DNA of 64,000 bases from contig NC_068989.1 of assembly GCF_001194135.2 (NCBI RefSeq), forward strand, positions 12,141,798 through 12,205,797. The letters run 5' to 3'. Source of the DNA: Octopus bimaculoides. Taxonomy: Eukaryota. The position numbers and the translations under genes were made by a program. The notes beneath the pieces were generated by a model. That model made no database searches. It worked only from the letters and a program-made list of their open reading frames with translations, and was not told the origin of the DNA. Below are positions 11,790-24,038 of the stretch, one piece after another; position 1 is the first letter of the stretch, and the number at the start of each line of letters is the position of its first letter.

Positions 11790-12790
11790 CATAATGCTGG
11801 TATAACCTCCAGTGAATGAAAGCCCCAACTCTGCCATGCCCGTTGTATTCTTTTTCACTAAGACTTGGCAACCTGACACAATATGGTTAACTGTTCGTTG
11901 CCCACCATCAGATATCCTCCATGTTCTTAATGAAGTCTGATCGGTAGGAATTTGATCCTGGGATACATTCAACCAAATTTCACTTTCGCCTTTAACCTCT
12001 GTATCTTCTCAGCCACCTTGGCAACCTTTCTGCTAACACTCTGCTTTGTCTGTTGAAATATTGTATATATTACGACTTCTATTGCCATCACGTTACCATT
12101 CATACTGTAACCTCATTTTTAGCTAACTATTTTAGTATTTTCATAATTTCTGTTGCTGGTTCTACTTTTTGCCTGCGATTTTCATCTATTGGTTTGTATT
12201 TGTTGGTTCCTTCATGACAGGAAACAGATTGTTTTTTTTCTTTTTTGCTTTGTTCGTGTTTTGTAGCTTTTCCCATTAGATTTGTATTGATCTACCGTAG
12301 ATATTTGTTCGGTTGTATAAAACGACAACACCCAGGAATTAATAGTAAATATAATTTCTGTGCCAGATTTTGCGTATTCGAGCTGAGGTCTATACTTTTA
12401 TGTTTAGTCTCGTTAGTTCATTTAGCGTTCATTTGAGAATAGTATGACTATAAATTATTTCTGAGGCAGCTACAGTATTGATGCATATTACCTTATTTTC
12501 TGCATTTAGCTCTGTTTGAAGTATTAATTCAGTTGGTCTGTAATATTCTGTTCTATTTTTTCTTTCATTTGTATGTGTTGTACTTTGTCTACTTCATTGA
12601 TTGTTAAGTGTTTGTCTTTGTTCCCCGTAGTTCTCTTGTTGTTTCTTCATCCAGCATGTTATTAGTGCTCCGAATTGATTTTCCTTTCTTATCATGTAGC
12701 ATTTTTCTCTTCCGAATCTCATATATATTCTTTTAGGTAGTCCACCTGTTGCCTGAAATGATATTTGTAATTGTTTTATCATCTGCATTT
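11790..12790 (-). mobile_element. Decayed R4/Dong-like RLE non-LTR retrotransposon (RT C-terminus and CCHC region)
   Basis: Minus strand: KRIYMRFGREKC, VDKVQHIQMKEKI, EYYRPTELILQTELNAENKVICINTVA, TLNELTRL, SQDQIPT and WRISDGGQRTVNHIVSGCQVL (degenerate CxxC..H..C), then FIHWR; many stops and frameshifts. Clade call is from recalled motifs. Confidence 0.8.
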
Positions 12791-13462
12791 ATAACATAAG
12801 GTTGTCCATGAGAAAAGGATAGTTTATTGTTCTGCTACAGCTCTTGTATCTGGGAGCAGTTCTGTTTAGGAAATTGTTTGAAGGCGTTAGCACGAAGCAG
12901 AAAAGGAGTGCAGAGAGGAAATCCCGTTATTTTTTTCTTTTCTCCAGAGGCAATTAAAATTAAATCATATATTCCTTACTTGAAGGTATCTGAAAAATTG
13001 TTTCCTGTTTACTCGTGTATTATAGACATGAAGCTATTAAAGAGAGAGAGACAGAGAGTGAGAGGGGGAGGGAGAAAGGGTGTGTAAAATGAAGTAGTGC
13101 ACTTTATTGTTTTGGTGCGTAATTGTCCAATGTTTGGTTTGAAATAATGAAAATGAAGGACCCATAATGCACGATGCAGTTCAAAGTCCTTTTGTAAGAC
13201 CTAGTAAATGGTGGCGAGTATAGAATGCTAATGACTTGGTGTTGAGAAAACATCAATGTGTGTAAATATTATAACGAGTTGCTGAGCAAGGGTTAACGGC
13301 ATAAATGTAAACAAAGAGATAAATGAGAGAGTTGGAATGTTTCATAATTAAATTTGATGAGGGAAGCAGAAAGATTTTGATTCCGTTTGTAAATAACTAC
13401 CGACTGATTCGTTCTGTCACGTGATGGTATAATATTCTCTGCTTTAATATACATTTGATATA

Positions 13463-14065
13463 AGGCCCTGAGTTGGCAGAAGCGTTAGCACGCCGGGTAA
13501 AATGCTTAGCGGTATTTCGCCTGTCTTTACGTTCTGAGTACAAATTCCGTCGAGATCGACTTTGCCATTGATCCTTTCGGGATCCATAGATTAAGTACCA
13601 GTTACGCACTGGGATCGATCTAATCGACTCAATCCCTTTGTCTGTCCTTGTTTGTCCCCTCTATGTTTAGCCTCTTGTGGGCAATAAAGAAATAAGAAAC
13701 ATTAGTACGCTGGCCGGAGGTCGACTTCGCCTTTCATCTTTTCCGAAGTCAATAAATTAAGTACCAGTTTCGTACTGGGTCGATCCAATCGACTGCGCCC
13801 CCCCCCCACAAATTTCGGGTCTTGTGCCTAGAATAGAAAAGAATATACATTTGATATAAGGCGCTGAGCTGGCAGAAACGTTAGCATGCTGGGCAAAGTG
13901 CTTAGCGGTATTTCGTCTGTCTTTATGTTCTGAAATCTACCGAGGTCGACTTTGCTTTTCATCCTTTCGCAGTCTATAAATTAAGTACCAGTTGCGTACT
14001 GGGGTCGATCCAATTGGCTGGCCTCCTCACCTAAAATTTCGGGTCTTGTGCCTAGTGTAGAAAAG
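13463..14065 (+). mobile_element. SINE A cluster: A1 plus deleted A2 dimer (13463-13841), then full-head A2 monomer (13859-14065)
   Basis: Three A cores; AATATACATTTGATATAAGG at 13446 and 13842, AATATACATT at 14066. Confidence 0.9.
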
Positions 14066-14515
14066 AATATACATTATATATACATTTATCGAAACGACAG
14101 CACCGACGAAAATCATAACAACAGGCTTTTACAGTGGTGACAAGGTGGCTACATTCGTGCATGCCAGTGGACATCAGCATCTTTAATATTTTCGGTCTAA
14201 AAATAATTTTGATAATATAAATAAGTATTTTAAACTTAAAAATTTACCTTAGATTCACTATAGGAAAATAAAAACCATAATGCGAAAATAATGAAAATCT
14301 CACATATATGAAACCAGATCAGGTTTTTCAAAGTAAATTTTAAAATAATATTGGTGAAATATTTCTCGCCTACAATCAAAAATTGAAATTTGAAACTCTG
14401 CGGCTCCGTATCGAAAATCGAAATCTGCAGCATTAGATGCCGACAGTTTCAAGGAAAATAAGGACATCCAAGTTACAACTATTTAAGGGTAAAAGGAACA
14501 TCGTAATATCATCTA

Positions 14516-14681
14516 TTCTTTTATTCTTTCACTTGTTTGAGTCATTTTGACTGTGTGGCCATGCTGGAGCACCATCGTTTAGTCGAAGAAAAGCTACCCC
14601 TGGACTTACTCTTTGTAAGCCTGGTATTTATTATATCGGTGTCTTTTGCCGAACCACTAGGTTACGGGGACGTAAACACAC
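14516..14681 (-). mobile_element. SINE family B 3' tail
   Basis: Reverse complement of GTTTACGTCCCCGTAAC, GGTTCGGCAAAAG, CGACTAAA, GCTCCAGCATGGCC and AAACAAGTGAAAGA. Confidence 0.85.
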
Positions 14682-15043
14682 AGAAATAAAATGAATCAGT
14701 TGTTGTCTTCTCATCTCCGTTGCCGCTTACCAGACTCTCTTGTTTTGCTTTTTAATCTATTCTAGGCAGATATCTCTCTCGTGACTTTCACTATATCTCT
14801 TGTAACAACTTGATTTTTTTGCCCTGCGCTTTCAATTTGATTTACCTCCGCTTTGTTAGTGTTTTAGGATATAATTTTTTGGATAGCTATGTAGTCTTCG
14901 AGACCGTCGAGTACCATGTTATTCCTGATCACAGTCTAGCTAACATTCTGTCCGTATTGCTGTCGAAAGCTGATCTCGGGCCCAGGATCTGCACTACCGC
15001 CAATATTTTGAATTACTCCTGCCTGCCTATTCATCTCGTGCTC

Positions 15044-15107
15044 AGGTCTAAAGAACGCGCACTCGCTTCCAAATACGCTACGCCAGTCGAAACGCAACAC
15101 GTCACCT
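15044..15107 (+). ncRNA. Candidate degenerate type I hammerhead ribozyme
   Basis: AGGT-CTAAAGA-[weak stem II]-GAAAC-GCAACAC-GTC-ACCT: 4-bp stem I, 6/7 core, 3-bp stem III, GUC triplet. Confidence 0.4.
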
Positions 15108-16883
15108 AGTGTCACAGTAATTCTACTTTCAAGGGCAAATAAATAACATCCTGTTTCTTTATTCGCTTAGCAGATATACGCCAATATGTCGCTTTTCGTC
15201 ATGACTCTTTTCCGAATAAAACCTTCGGACAACGAATTACTCACTTTTGTGACATTCTTCTTCAAAACATCTCTTTTTACAAAAACGTGGCTCATAATCA
15301 CACTTCTATTTCATTTACAACATTGAAAAGATGTGTTATTTGCGACCCTTTTAAATTTGTTACAGCCATTGATGATGTTTGTTTTTATACATTTAAACTT
15401 CTTACTTTTCTCATTCACATCCCGCTGTAAATGTTTGCTTGAAACTGTGTCTAACTATCAAGTCTATAGGCCGCTCGTTTAATTGGAAAATTATTGCATA
15501 AAGGCAAGTATCGAAACCATTTCTAGCTTCTGCTTCACCTTCGTTATCTGCACCTGGTTATTTCGATGCGAAATAAACAGACGTTTGTAGAAATAAATAA
15601 AGATGGATGCACCGTCAATTTTGCCGATAACCTTTCATTTATTCAGGGAAATGATTGGCCTACTCTTTTAATTGACGTTTAAAACGATGAGTAATTCACA
15701 TATATATGTATGTATTCTTAAAATCTTAAAATGAATTGTCAGACCCAGTTCTGTGAGTAAGCTGGACATTATTAATCCCGGCACAATCCATCGGAGGTGC
15801 TTTTTTATATGGTACTTGTTCGAACAAATTCCCCACGCAAGACTGGAAATTGACGTGAGCTAAAGATGTCACAAATTGGGATAGATCTCAGTACCCCATA
15901 ATGTCTATAGGAACTTCTTAACCATTTAGCTATGTTTATTTGAGTCCTCCGAAATATATAACACAATTGAAATCTCTAAGGACAAGCCATTCTCCACGTA
16001 AGGAAATGGGGTGGAACGTTAAATATTCCGAGAGCCTTTTGTTAGAATTCAATGAAAAGCAGGAACGACAAAAGACAAAAAAAAAAAAAAGAAAAAGAAA
16101 AAAAAGAAAGGAAAAGAAAAATTCATTAGATAATTCGGTTAAAAATTATTATTTTTTTTACGAGAACTCTGAGACGGAGGTTCGTTCGCTCGAAATTNNN
16201 NNNNNNNGAGAACTCTGAGACGGAGGTTCGTTCGCTCGAAATTCAATAAATATTAAAAAATAAACCAATAATAATAATAATAATAATAATGATGATGTAT
16301 CGTTGTTGTTGTTGTTGTTGTACTATTCATCATCATCATTTTATTACAGGGTGCTCTTTTGTGCGAATTTCTATGTAGCCATAAGTAGAATATCGAATAT
16401 AATGCTACATTACAATAAAGAGCGTCTCTACCTGTGGACGCAATCGGGTATTGCTGTATTTTGGCAGACAGAACCTTTGTACTTCATTAAACAAATAGAA
16501 ACAAGAATAATCAATATAAGTCCGACATTTCGTTCTTTCATGACCGAATTTGAAGGCAAAAAGAGACAGAACAGAACAGAGAGGGAAAGAGATATCGAGA
16601 GAGTGTGAGAGAGATATCGAGAGAAAGAGAGAGGAAGAGACAGGTAGAGGGTGTTCATATGGTCTTTGTTGTTACTTTTATTAATTTCTTTTTTTTTTGT
16701 ATTTTATTGCCTTTTTTGTTTTCGGTTACGAAATTCCTTTATGATATTGTGTTATGGTCGTATTCGGTTTTATAAATTCTTTGTAATTTCATTTCATGTT
16801 TATAGTTTCCCTATCATATTCTAGCAATAAGTGTTTACGTTGAGACTAACTATTAATATGATTGTTTTTCCTTTTGTTCTCCA

Positions 16884-16963
<80 letters not shown>

Positions 16964-17337
16964 GGTTGTCATTTTATCAATGCCTCTTTCTGTGCACTGC
17001 CAAGTGTGTCTCTTGGGACTTTGCTATGTGCAGTGTTTCGGTTCGATTTTGTATTTTTCTATTGAATTGACTCGACTCTACAATATATGTGCGCGGTGCC
17101 TACTAGTGCTAATTTTCGTATATTGTGTAAGGTATCTATCAGCATGCTTTTAATCTTTCAATCATTCCCATGGTACTGTTATTACGAGGATTGGTTGTCC
17201 TTGCAGACCTCAAGCTCTCGTTTCTCTTTATTCCCAGATAACATCTCTGATTATCATTATTACCACCTAAACGAGTATCAGTAGCAACAGAGTGTAACAT
17301 ATTTCACAAGGAAATGGAATATTTAGTCAAATATAGG

Positions 17338-17504
17338 GGCAGGTATGGGTGTGTCGCAAGCAGTTTGCTTCCAAAGCACACGGTTCCAGGTTCAATCCCA
17401 GACCGTGGCATCTTGGACAAGTGTCTTTTACTATAGCCTCGGGTTGACCAAAGCCTTTCGTGTGGACTTCATAGACGGAAACTGAAAGAAGCCCATTAAG
17501 TCTA

Positions 17505-17555
<51 letters not shown>

Positions 17556-17629
17556 GTCCGTCCGTCCGTCCGTCTGTCTGTCTGTCTGTCTATCTTTCTG
17601 TCTGTCTATCTGTCTGCCTGTCTGTCTGT

Positions 17630-17679
<50 letters not shown>

Positions 17680-17702
17680 GTCTGTCTGTCTGTCTGTCTG
17701 CC

Positions 17703-17768
<66 letters not shown>

Positions 17769-18010
17769 TCTGTTTGCCTGTCTGTCTGTCTATGTGAGTA
17801 TGTGTCTCTGCGTATCTGTTTGTCCCTCACCACCGCTTGGCGACAGGTGTTGGTGTGTTTACGTCCACGTAACTCATTTCGGCAAAAGAGAACGACAGAA
17901 TAAATACCAAGTTTTACAGAAGAAGAAATACTGGGGTTATTAAGTTCGACTAAAATTCTTCAAGGCGATGCTCCAGTAAGGCTGCAGTTCAATGAGAAAT
18001 AGAAGATAAC
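17338..18010 (+). mobile_element. Old SINE family B with expanded (TC)/(TATC)/(TGTC)n interior (17503-17790)
   Basis: Head GGTTCCAGGTTCAATCCC..CTATAGCCTCGGG..GACGGAAACTGAAAGAAGCCC; tail GGTGTGTTTACGTCCACGTAAC..TTCGACTAAA..GCTCCAG. Confidence 0.85.
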
Positions 18011-18107
18011 GATACATTTCCATTACATAAGACATGGGATTTATACTTTGACTTGGAACAATGCCCGATTGTAAGATTCCTTAATAACAATGCCCATTTT
18101 AATTATA

Positions 18108-18660
18108 CAGGGCGCGGACGGTATTTAAGGACTCGTATTTTTAGCCATTATTTTATTTGACTAATTTTTATTGAACTTCTATTTCAGAAAATAACATTGA
18201 CTAGCTCAATGTTTACTAATGAAATGAAAAGACATGCTGTGATTGTGGCTTTGAAGGTTATGCATGGTGATTTAGAAATGTCTTGCTTTCTTAAAGCTGC
18301 TTGATCTTTTGCCCTCAAGATTCGGTGTGAGTTAGAGAAAAGAAATGAAAGCGTATTACCTGTATGAAAATGTAAAACGTTCCAAATGCTTTGATTCTAA
18401 CAGGACACCTGGATTTGTTCAGGAAGTTAAGCAAAACGTTGAAGACAATGCGCGAAAAACAATGAGGTTATCTGCACGAAACATTCGGGGGACAGAAAAA
18501 AAAAACAATCAGAAATGTTGTGCATGAAGACATCAGATACAAATCTTTGATGAGGAGAGGTCAATTCATGTCAGAAAAAAAACAAACAAAAGAAAACCGT
18601 TTAATCAGATCCAAAAGACTTTTGAACAAACTTAAAAGTCCGACAGAAGATGGTATGTAC
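18108..18660 (+). mobile_element. Tc1/mariner (maT/DD37D-like) transposon 5' fragment with decayed transposase N-terminus
   Basis: TA|CAGGG end at 18106-18112; MFTNEMKRHAVIVAL from 18209, then RTPGFVQEVKQNVEDN and VHEDIRYKSLMRRGQFMSEK..KENRLIRSKRLLNKLK; stops before the DDD catalytic region. Confidence 0.72.
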
Positions 18661-18879
18661 AGTAGATTCGAATTCATCAGTCATAAGATGCTCATCAAAA
18701 TCATATCTCTTTCAGTCATTTCGTGACATTTAACGGTCGATATTACTATTCTATTAGAGGTGAAATCAATTTTGTCAAGGGCGTGCGATTGGGCAATGAT
18801 TTCAAACACTATCGGCAATGATCAGGTGGAACTTCGCCATCACCGCCGCCATCATCGTTTTCTGTGTCATAATCATGAT

Positions 18880-18942
18880 TATCGTCTGGCTATCATTGTC
18901 GCTGTCGTCGTCATCATCATCATCATCATCATCATCATCACC

Positions 18943-18976
<34 letters not shown>

Positions 18977-19260
18977 TTATCACCACCATCACTACCACCA
19001 CCATCATCATCATCATCATCGTCATCGTCATCTTCTTCTTCTTCTTCTTCTTCTTCTTCTTTTTCTTCTTCTTTTCCTTCTTTTTCTTCTTCTTCTTCTT
19101 TTGCTTCTTCTTCCTCACTTTTCTTTTCCTCCTCCTCCTCCTCCTCCTCACCATCATCATCATCTTCATCATCGTCATCGTCATCATCACCATCGTCATC
19201 TTCTTCTTCGCATTGTTGCTGTTTACCACTTCTACTTCTTCTTCCTCCTCTTCCTCCTCC
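18880..19260. repeat. (CAT)/(CAC)/(CTT)/(CCT)n compound microsatellite
   Basis: Visible triplet arrays. Confidence 0.9.
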
Positions 19261-19536
19261 CGCTTTGCATTAACGTCGTAAATTATAGGATTTCTGTGGC
19301 ATCGTCCTATCATTATGTCTTACAAAGCTAATGATACCACGAGCCACTACAGCTCACAGAAATAATGTTGCCTCCAGGGTCTCCACGCTCATCCGCCCTC
19401 AAAGTACAAACTGTTAATCATATTAGCTGAATCTTTTAGTAACGTTCAGATTCCAGACCATGATGCACTAGTACAATAATAGTTACCCGTCTAATGATGA
19501 GAAAATCTATATCCTGCCAACGTTATCTAAGTAATG

Positions 19537-19588
<52 letters not shown>

Positions 19589-19590
<2 letters not shown>

Positions 19591-20145
19591 GCCCGGATGC
19601 AGTACCAGGTAGTGTCTCTCATGGCTTCTGATCTTAATTGATTGGAAGTGTTATCATGTACATTGTTTTGTCTTGGTATAAAAGATGGACTACAGCAAAT
19701 ATTCTGCTTAATACTACAGATTTGCTAGTCAGTTGTTTGACCTTAACCATTTGAGCATGTCCCTTAGTGGCTGACGATATGTGCATCTCTGATCATGAGC
19801 AGAAGTAGTGGGGCAGCATCATAGCCATGTGTTGAGAGGAGTTCTTTGGGGTTTGAATAATTCACCTTTGGAAACATGGGTGTTTTGCTCAACATTCTTA
19901 AACAAACCTTATTCAGGGACCTTTTGAGCGGGATGGGCTACTCGGCCTGAGGAAAATTCTAACTGGACCCCCACCTGCAAGGTCATGCGCTGTTTATCTT
20001 GATATGAGATCACCATATCACGCACATATGGTTGTGATGCATGTGTTTGGTGTACCCTTATTAGACTGGTAGTCATGATGGGTATAATGGGCTTCGCATA
20101 TTTTACGCCAGTGTCACTTTGATGGCATGCACTGCTCTCTCACTC
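19589..20145. mobile_element. About 555-bp GC-richer island embedded in (AAT)n; probable retroelement 3' UTR or non-autonomous element
   Basis: Sharp boundaries against pure (AAT)n at 19533-19588 and 20146-20243; single copy here, no ORF. Confidence 0.5.
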
Positions 20146-20160
20146 AATAATAATAATAAC

Positions 20161-20232
<72 letters not shown>

Positions 20233-20242
20233 TAATAATAAT

Positions 20243-20540
20243 AAGTATGAATTAGCCCGGCCATGGAAAATGAAGGTGAAGATGGTGCCAATTACTGATG
20301 GGTCTTTGGGAACAGTATCAGAAGGCATCAAGAAGAATTTAAGGGGAATTTGGAATTGAGTGCCCAGTAAAACTGCTTCAAAAGACTTGCCTTCTTGGCA
20401 CGGGCAGAATAACCAGGTAAGTATTAGATAACTGAAAAGAGCGAATAGCATGGAACCGTAGGCTGCAGGTAGTAGAAGTTCCACCGACCGCATTTCTTGA
20501 CTGGTAGAAGACGATGAGCGCCCCACGACATCCCAGGTTC
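20243..20540 (+). mobile_element. 3' end of an RLE-type (R4/Dong/NeSL-like) LINE ORF plus UTR
   Basis: KYELARPWKMKVKMVPITDGSLGTVSEGIKKNL then, frameshifted, CPVKLLQKTCLLGTGRITR*VLDN* (stop 20433-20435), resembling the VVPIVIGALG..LQKACLLGT RLE C-terminus. Confidence 0.75.
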
Positions 20541-20554
20541 CAGGGTCCCTAATT

Positions 20555-20715
20555 TAGGAATAGGGCTAGCAATTTTGAGGGGAGGGTGTTTGTCGATACC
20601 ATGGACCCAATATTTGAATGTTATTATTTTCTCTTATCAACCCCAGATGGATGACATGCAAGTTGACTTCGGTAGGATTTGAAATTAAAACGTTAAGTTT
20701 CCAAATGAATTGCCA
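20555..20715 (-). mobile_element. Highly diverged SINE A
   Basis: CAACCCCAGATGGATGACATGCAAGTTGACTTCGGTAGGATTTGAA resembles the A core in reverse. Confidence 0.55.
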
Positions 20716-21059
20716 CAAAATATTTTGTCCGACACTCTAAAGAGTCTGTCAAACTAACGATACACGAACATTGACAACAACAGCAACGGCAACAACAATA
20801 ACAACAACAATAATAGCTTTAAGAACGAAAACAATAATGATAATAGAAGTAATCACATATAACTGAATAACAATATACATTTAATGTCACATTGTTAACT
20901 TGTATATCAGCGTAAAAGCACGTACATCATGATAACAAAAGTGTCCATCTGACAATAACATATTTTCTATAGCAATATTGTTTATTATTTTCAGTATCAG
21001 AATCTTGATATTTCGGCCACAGGATTTTAAGTTCTGAATGTAATGTAAGACGCTTAGAA

Positions 21060-21168
21060 ACAGCACCAGCATCAGCACCACCACCGCCACCACCACCACA
21101 CCACCACCATCACCACCACGACCGTCGCCACGGCCGCCGCCGGCACCATCACCACCACCACCGCCACC

Positions 21169-21200
<32 letters not shown>

Positions 21201-21628
21201 CAACTACAGCAAGAACAACAACAACTACTACTACTACTACTACTNNNNNNNNNNNNNNNNNNNNNNNNNNNNNNNNNNNNNNNNNNNNNNNNNNNNNNNN
21301 NNNNNNNNNNNNNNNNNNNNNNNNNNNNNNNNNNNNNNNNNNNNNNNNNNNNNNNNNNNNNNNNNNNNNNNNNNNNNNNNNNNNNNNNNNNNNNNNNNNN
21401 NNNNNNNNNNNNNNNNNNNNNNNNNNNNNNNNNNNNNNNNNNNNNNNNNNNNNNNNNNNNNNNNNNNNNNNNNNNNNNNNNNNNNNNNNNNNNNNNNNNN
21501 NNNNNNNNNNNNNNNNNNNNNNAAGAAGAAGAAGAAGAAGAAGAAGAAGAAGAAGAAGAAGAAGAAGAAGGAGAAGAAAAAGAAGAAGAAGAAGAAGAAG
21601 AAGAAGAAGAAGAAGAAGAAGAAGAAAG
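21060..21628. repeat. (CAC)/(AAC)/(TAC)n, N gap, (GAA)n compound microsatellite
   Basis: Visible arrays flanking gap 21245-21522. Confidence 0.9.
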
Positions 21629-22649
21629 ATAATTTTGGCTAAATTTCTAAAGCTGTGACTCGACAATATGACAAGAATGCAGATATTTCTATGCAGATTT
21701 CCAGTGACCCTCCGCGCTCGGTGTTCAAATCCTACAGAGCCAGCTCAATTGTGTTTCGCATCCATTCGGGAATCGATAAAGTAGAAGTTTAGAATTACGT
21801 TATTTCGCTTTTCACATTTTTGGACGAAATTAGTAATGCTTAGATAAGGAACTTACGGTGTATATACCACGGCAAACTCTACAATTTTGATGCGAAGCCA
21901 TTATAACGTTTATGGTGGAATCATTTAATAATCGTATGGAATATAAACTTCAGAATTTAGACCATTTGAAAACGTCTCAGTGGATTTCAGACGAACATAA
22001 ATTAAATATGTGATGATCCTGAAGACATTTATTATTCCTTATTTTGTCTTTCATGTTCCTATCTTCACAAATCTATTGAAATGATTCTTGAAGATAAACA
22101 TCATGTGAGAAGTTAAACTTAAGAAATGTAGAAGTCTTTATCGATGAAATGTCGGAAAATGAATAGATATCTACTTCCGGCATATTGTTATTATATTTTT
22201 GATGTTCATGGAATATTAATTCTATGTAACCATTTACAAATACGCAGATTTCAGAATGGACCAGCTCTTATCCCATCCTTGGCATTATTCTGTATATGCA
22301 GCCCCCAAAAGCATTATTCTGCTGCTTGGCTACATAGTTGTAGATACGTCTTGGAGCATAGTTGAACGTTTAGGCACATCTGTAAATAGAAGAGTGTTTC
22401 GCTGATTAACTGTGTTGTATTACGTTCATTTTATGAGACTCGCAATAAAATAGGTTTTGGCCATACAGTCGTACGAGTTTGCGCATATTTAGTATAACAA
22501 TAACAGTACTACCATGGTCACAGTATATAAGTAGAAAGCATATTTTATTTCACTAGTTAACACTTTCCCAGTTGAATGCGTAATAAGTCGTTTAGAAGAG
22601 TTGTAGCATATGTCCACTATGGGTTTAACTTGATATACTTATCATATTT

Positions 22650-22827
22650 ATTTACTTGTTTCAGTAATTTGACTGCGGCCTTACTGCTGCACTGCCTTTA
22701 GTCGAACAAATCGACCCCCAGTACTTATTCTTTGTAAGCCTAGAACTTATTCTATCGGACCCTTTTGCTGAACTGCTAAGTTACGCGGACGTAAACACCA
22801 GAATGAGTTGTCAAGCGGTGGTTGGGG

Positions 22828-22860
<33 letters not shown>

Positions 22861-22976
22861 NNNNNNNNNNNNNNNNNNNNNNNNNNNNNNNNNNNNNNNN
22901 NNNNNNNNNNNNNNNNNNNNNNNNNNNNNNNNNNNNNNNNNNNNNNNNNNNNNNNNNNNNNNNNNNNNNNNNNNNN

Positions 22977-23010
<34 letters not shown>

Positions 23011-23179
23011 GGGTGGCTTTTTTCACTTTCCGTCTACCAAATCCACTCACAAGGCTTTGGTCGGCCCAAGGCTATAGTAGAAGTCATTTGCCCAAGGTGC
23101 CACACACTGCTGTGGAACTGAACCCGTGGACATGTGGTCGGGAAGCAAGCTTCTTACCAAACAGTCACGCCTGCGCCTA
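22650..23179 (-). mobile_element. SINE family B, near full length, with internal (AC)/(AT)n and gap
   Basis: Tail 22650-22830 and head 23010-23179 both match B copies. Confidence 0.88.
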
Positions 23180-23884
23180 TGGAAAGCTGTATTAAATTTC
23201 TGTTTTATGGAAACCTTTAGGAAGTGGAGACATATACAAGTTAACATTAGCATGTGTGGTCATTGAATCGGACACATTTAATTTACCTCATCAAACAAGA
23301 TAAATAGGAATCTGATATTTCACAAAATTTAAAGAGCCATTGAAATGGAGGAATTTGTAAATAACATTTTATATCCTTTCATATCCCTACACTTCGGTTG
23401 ATCGAATTTCAGCGTCAAGCATTAAAATCACTATACCTGGGAGAAATTACAATTATTTGATGCAGGAAAACCACTATTAGTTATTTAATATAGTGGTGAT
23501 TCGTAAGATGTAGCGTAAATCTTTAGAATAGGCACCAACGAGTATTCCAACTTCAATGGCAGATATCAACGCACAGCTGATAAATACAAGAAGGGAATGG
23601 CAAATTAGATGCATTCTGATTTGCTTAAAACTGAATGCTGGTAATTTAGATATTTGAAAAGAGAAAATATCCAACAATAGACATGTAATCATCAGATTTA
23701 CATAATATCATGTAATACAGATCGAAGAATTAACGGATTACTTCTAGAGTTATTACAAACAACTGTAGGGTGTACGGGGTAAAGCTAATTTAGCTGGTCA
23801 TAGATGAAAAACAACCTCACGTAATGTCAGCATGCTCCAAGTTTTTGAACTTTATCATTTCTCGTTTACATTTATAAAGATATG

Positions 23885-24038
23885 GACACCATAATCGTAG
23901 CAAAACACAGCAAAATAGAGCAAAACATAGCAAAACGTATCTGACACCATGAACATAGCAAAATATAGCAAAGCGTATCTGACACCATGAACATAGCAAA
24001 ACAGAGCAAAACATAGCTGACACCATGAACATAGCAAT
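23885..24038. repeat. 38-bp minisatellite built from an ATAGCAAAAC subunit
   Basis: GACACCAT at 23885, 23943, 23981 and 24019. Confidence 0.85.

Noticed and set aside
16162-16243. Exact 36-bp direct repeat GAGAACTCTGAGACGGAGGTTCGTTCGCTCGAAATT
   Set aside because: Flanks a 10-N gap; typical unmerged contig overlap. Its CTGAGAC..GAAA is not a valid HHR core.
23885-24038. Repeat-spacer-like look (CRISPR)
   Set aside because: Intervening sequences are themselves repetitive; eukaryotic context, no cas genes.
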